Source: Nitrosopumilaceae archaeon
GTDB taxonomy: Archaea; Thermoproteota; Nitrososphaeria; Nitrososphaerales; Nitrosopumilaceae
Direction: 5' to 3'
Length of the DNA: 64,000 bases
NCBI GenBank assembly: GCA_965214835.1
Contig: CBDCCK010000002.1
Span: 2,528,001 to 2,592,000 of the forward strand
Positions within the stretch are counted from its first letter, which is position 1, and every line of letters starts with the position of its first letter. The position numbers were made by a program, and so were the translations under genes. Below are positions 62,053-64,000 of this stretch, piece after piece. The notes beneath the pieces were generated by a model. The model was given only the letters and a program-made list of their open reading frames with translations, did not search any database and was not told the DNA's origin.

Positions 62053-64000
62053 TCATGCACTTGCTTTAGTTGCCCTGTATGCCTGGTCAAGACGGCGCAT
62101 GATTTGTTGTAATGATCCTGGCGACATGGTTATTTTTCTTCCTTTTCTTCCAGGGAAAAACGATTCGGCCACCTCTCCTACTTTTTCACCATCCGCATCA
62201 AATGAGTTTGGATTTATTCTAAAAACGACATCTATGACGTATTTTTTACACTCGACTATTGCAAATAAATTACGCTCTTCGGCGGGTTTCTCGGTGTAAA
62301 AAAATAGCCATTTGCGATATGGTTCTGACACGCAATCGAATTTATCATCTATCATTGAAATCAGCTCGTCTACTCTCTCGCTGTTCGCCGGTGTCGCCCT
62401 TTCAAGGCTTGAATCCCATGTATCCCTGTCCTCGCCTTCTTTGCTCGCCAAATCTTTCTCACGTTTTTTTTCATTTGACAGTTCCGGATATTTCCAGATT
62501 TCAAGGGATTTTTTTGCCATGTCATCTGCTCGCTTGCAAATTGCAGTTTTGTTCCATTGCAGCAGATCTTTAAGCTTTAAAGTTAGCCCTATTTTACTGC
62601 TGGAATAGATGAGTTGCTTATCTTGAAATGATTTATCGCTCAACTCGGGATTATAACCCGTCAGTGTAAGATTTCCAATTGTGTGTAGGTGTTTAGAGCG
62701 GATCTCCTCCCACTCTCCTCCCAATTCTTTCTTCCATTCTTCTGACAGGTTTGGGTTTTGCGGCATAATGTGTTCAACAGTTAAGGGCTCGAGGCTAACA
62801 GTTTCTTTTTCTTCACTAAATTTTTCTAATTTGACTAAAAGATATTTCGCTATGCGAGTATTGTAAACATCTTTGTGGATTAACTTGCCTTCAAATTCCT
62901 CATCATCTGGAAATCTTTGGTGTGGTTTCATGCTAACAAATGCGTCCTTTATGCTCTCAACATAATCGCCTTTGGTTTTTCTTGCAAGATTTGCAAATAT
63001 CCTGTTTAATGAGTTTGCGGGAAGTTCACATATGGAACGTCTGAACACATAACTTTCAACCATTGAAAATATCTCCAAAATGTCATTTTTTGTGATTTTT
63101 TTCTCTTCGGATTCTTCTTCTTTGCCTTCTTTATCGTCTTTCTTGTAGTCAGAATAGACCCTTAGCAGGAATGGATATGCAACATCAACTTGAAGTGCGT
63201 TGATATCTGCAATTTTTTGATTAAGATCCGTGTCTGATTCCTTCTCAAATGCCAGCTTGCAAAAGAACTCTGCAAAACGTTTGATGTCAGATACTAGCTC
63301 ACGCGTGAATTCCTGCTCGGATTTTTGCTTGGCAAACTTCTTGAAGCTGGAATACACGTCTTTGATTTTAGGAATCTGGCCTGTTCTGATTGTAAGATAA
63401 TCCCTCATGAATCTGTCAAAATGCTCAGTTCCTTGAGCGTGGAAATTTTCCTCAATGCGAGACCAATAATTGTTGTAAATGTAGTCCTGCTCTTCTTTGT
63501 TCAAATCCATCAAAAGATAATTTCGAATCAGATCTGCTTGTGACAATTCCAGCCCTGTAGAATTCAGGCTTTCAAAGATTAGTTGCGGATCATCATGGTT
63601 GTTGTCCAGAGCAATACAAACGATCATCAATCCACGAATTCCCTGTAATAGCTTATCCAAATTGATTTTACTTTTTTCTATTTTATTTTCAAAGAATTCA
63701 TAATTATTCCGGATGTTAAATGATTCTTTCTCCGAAGGTTCTTGCCCGTCTAATAATCTGATCAAAGTATCTCTGTCACTTTGTGTTAAAATCAGCTTGT
63801 ATTTTTTTTCTCCATCCCCTTTACTGTTAAGTAAAAATTTGCTGATTTGTTCTTTTGTAACTTCAGTGTATCTTTGTTTTTTCAGTGCTTTTGAAAACGC
63901 CGACAGCAGCAATGTCAAAGTTGTTAGACGCTGCTGCCCGTCAATTACGAAATATTCCTTAACTCCTGATTTGCTCTTCTGTTCTTTGTCTTTGTCTATG
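62053..64000 (-). CDS. DUF262/DUF1524 (GmrSD-like) restriction endonuclease, 5' end beyond window
   Basis: IDGQQRLTT, IFESLNSTG, TVEHIMPQ, HTIGNLTL. Confidence 0.9.
   Translation of the reverse strand, partial: IDKDKEQKSKSGVKEYFVIDGQQRLTTLTLLLSAFSKALKKQRYTEVTKEQISKFLLNSKGDGEKKYKLILTQSDRDTLIRLLDGQEPSEKESFNIRNNYEFFENKIEKSKINLDKLLQGIRGLMIVCIALDNNHDDPQLIFESLNSTGLELSQADLIRNYLLMDLNKEEQDYIYNNYWSRIEENFHAQGTEHFDRFMRDYLTIRTGQIPKIKDVYSSFKKFAKQKSEQEFTRELVSDIKRFAEFFCKLAFEKESDTDLNQKIADINALQVDVAYPFLLRVYSDYKKDDKEGKEEESEEKKITKNDILEIFSMVESYVFRRSICELPANSLNRIFANLARKTKGDYVESIKDAFVSMKPHQRFPDDEEFEGKLIHKDVYNTRIAKYLLVKLEKFSEEKETVSLEPLTVEHIMPQNPNLSEEWKKELGGEWEEIRSKHLHTIGNLTLTGYNPELSDKSFQDKQLIYSSSKIGLTLKLKDLLQWNKTAICKRADDMAKKSLEIWKYPELSNEKKREKDLASKEGEDRDTWDSSLERATPANSERVDELISMIDDKFDCVSEPYRKWLFFYTEKPAEERNLFAIVECKKYVIDVVFRINPNSFDADGEKVGEVAESFFPGRKGRKITMSPGSLQQIMRRLDQAYRATKASA

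Overview
Archaeal chromosomal window, most likely Nitrosopumilaceae (Thaumarchaeota), judged from the ND-aspS-gatCAB operon, Hel308, DUF2299-like and small conserved thaumarchaeal-type genes. A serpin, a decayed sulfotransferase and heavy IS expansion suggest a host-associated (e.g. sponge) lineage, which is inference. Core islands (7.6-17.7 kb, 21.6-33.4 kb) alternate with accessory DNA full of IS elements (IS3, IS5, IS6, ISH3, IS481, IS630, IS66 fragment, IS110), several families of MITEs or palindromic repeats, toxin-antitoxin modules (HicAB, RelE-like, 2 AbiEi/AbiEii, HEPN) and defence genes (DUF5131/TcmP, SNF2+SWIM, GmrSD-like, type ISP remnant). Main finding: an IS110 element (50788-52234) whose 5' non-coding end folds into a two-loop bridge-RNA-like structure. 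Its four guide segments match the element's own junctions (CA core). The encoded target, GTTATGCAACAGG, is the terminal inverted repeat of an IS5-family MITE, into which the element has inserted. All calls are from reading the sequence; no database search or folding program was run.
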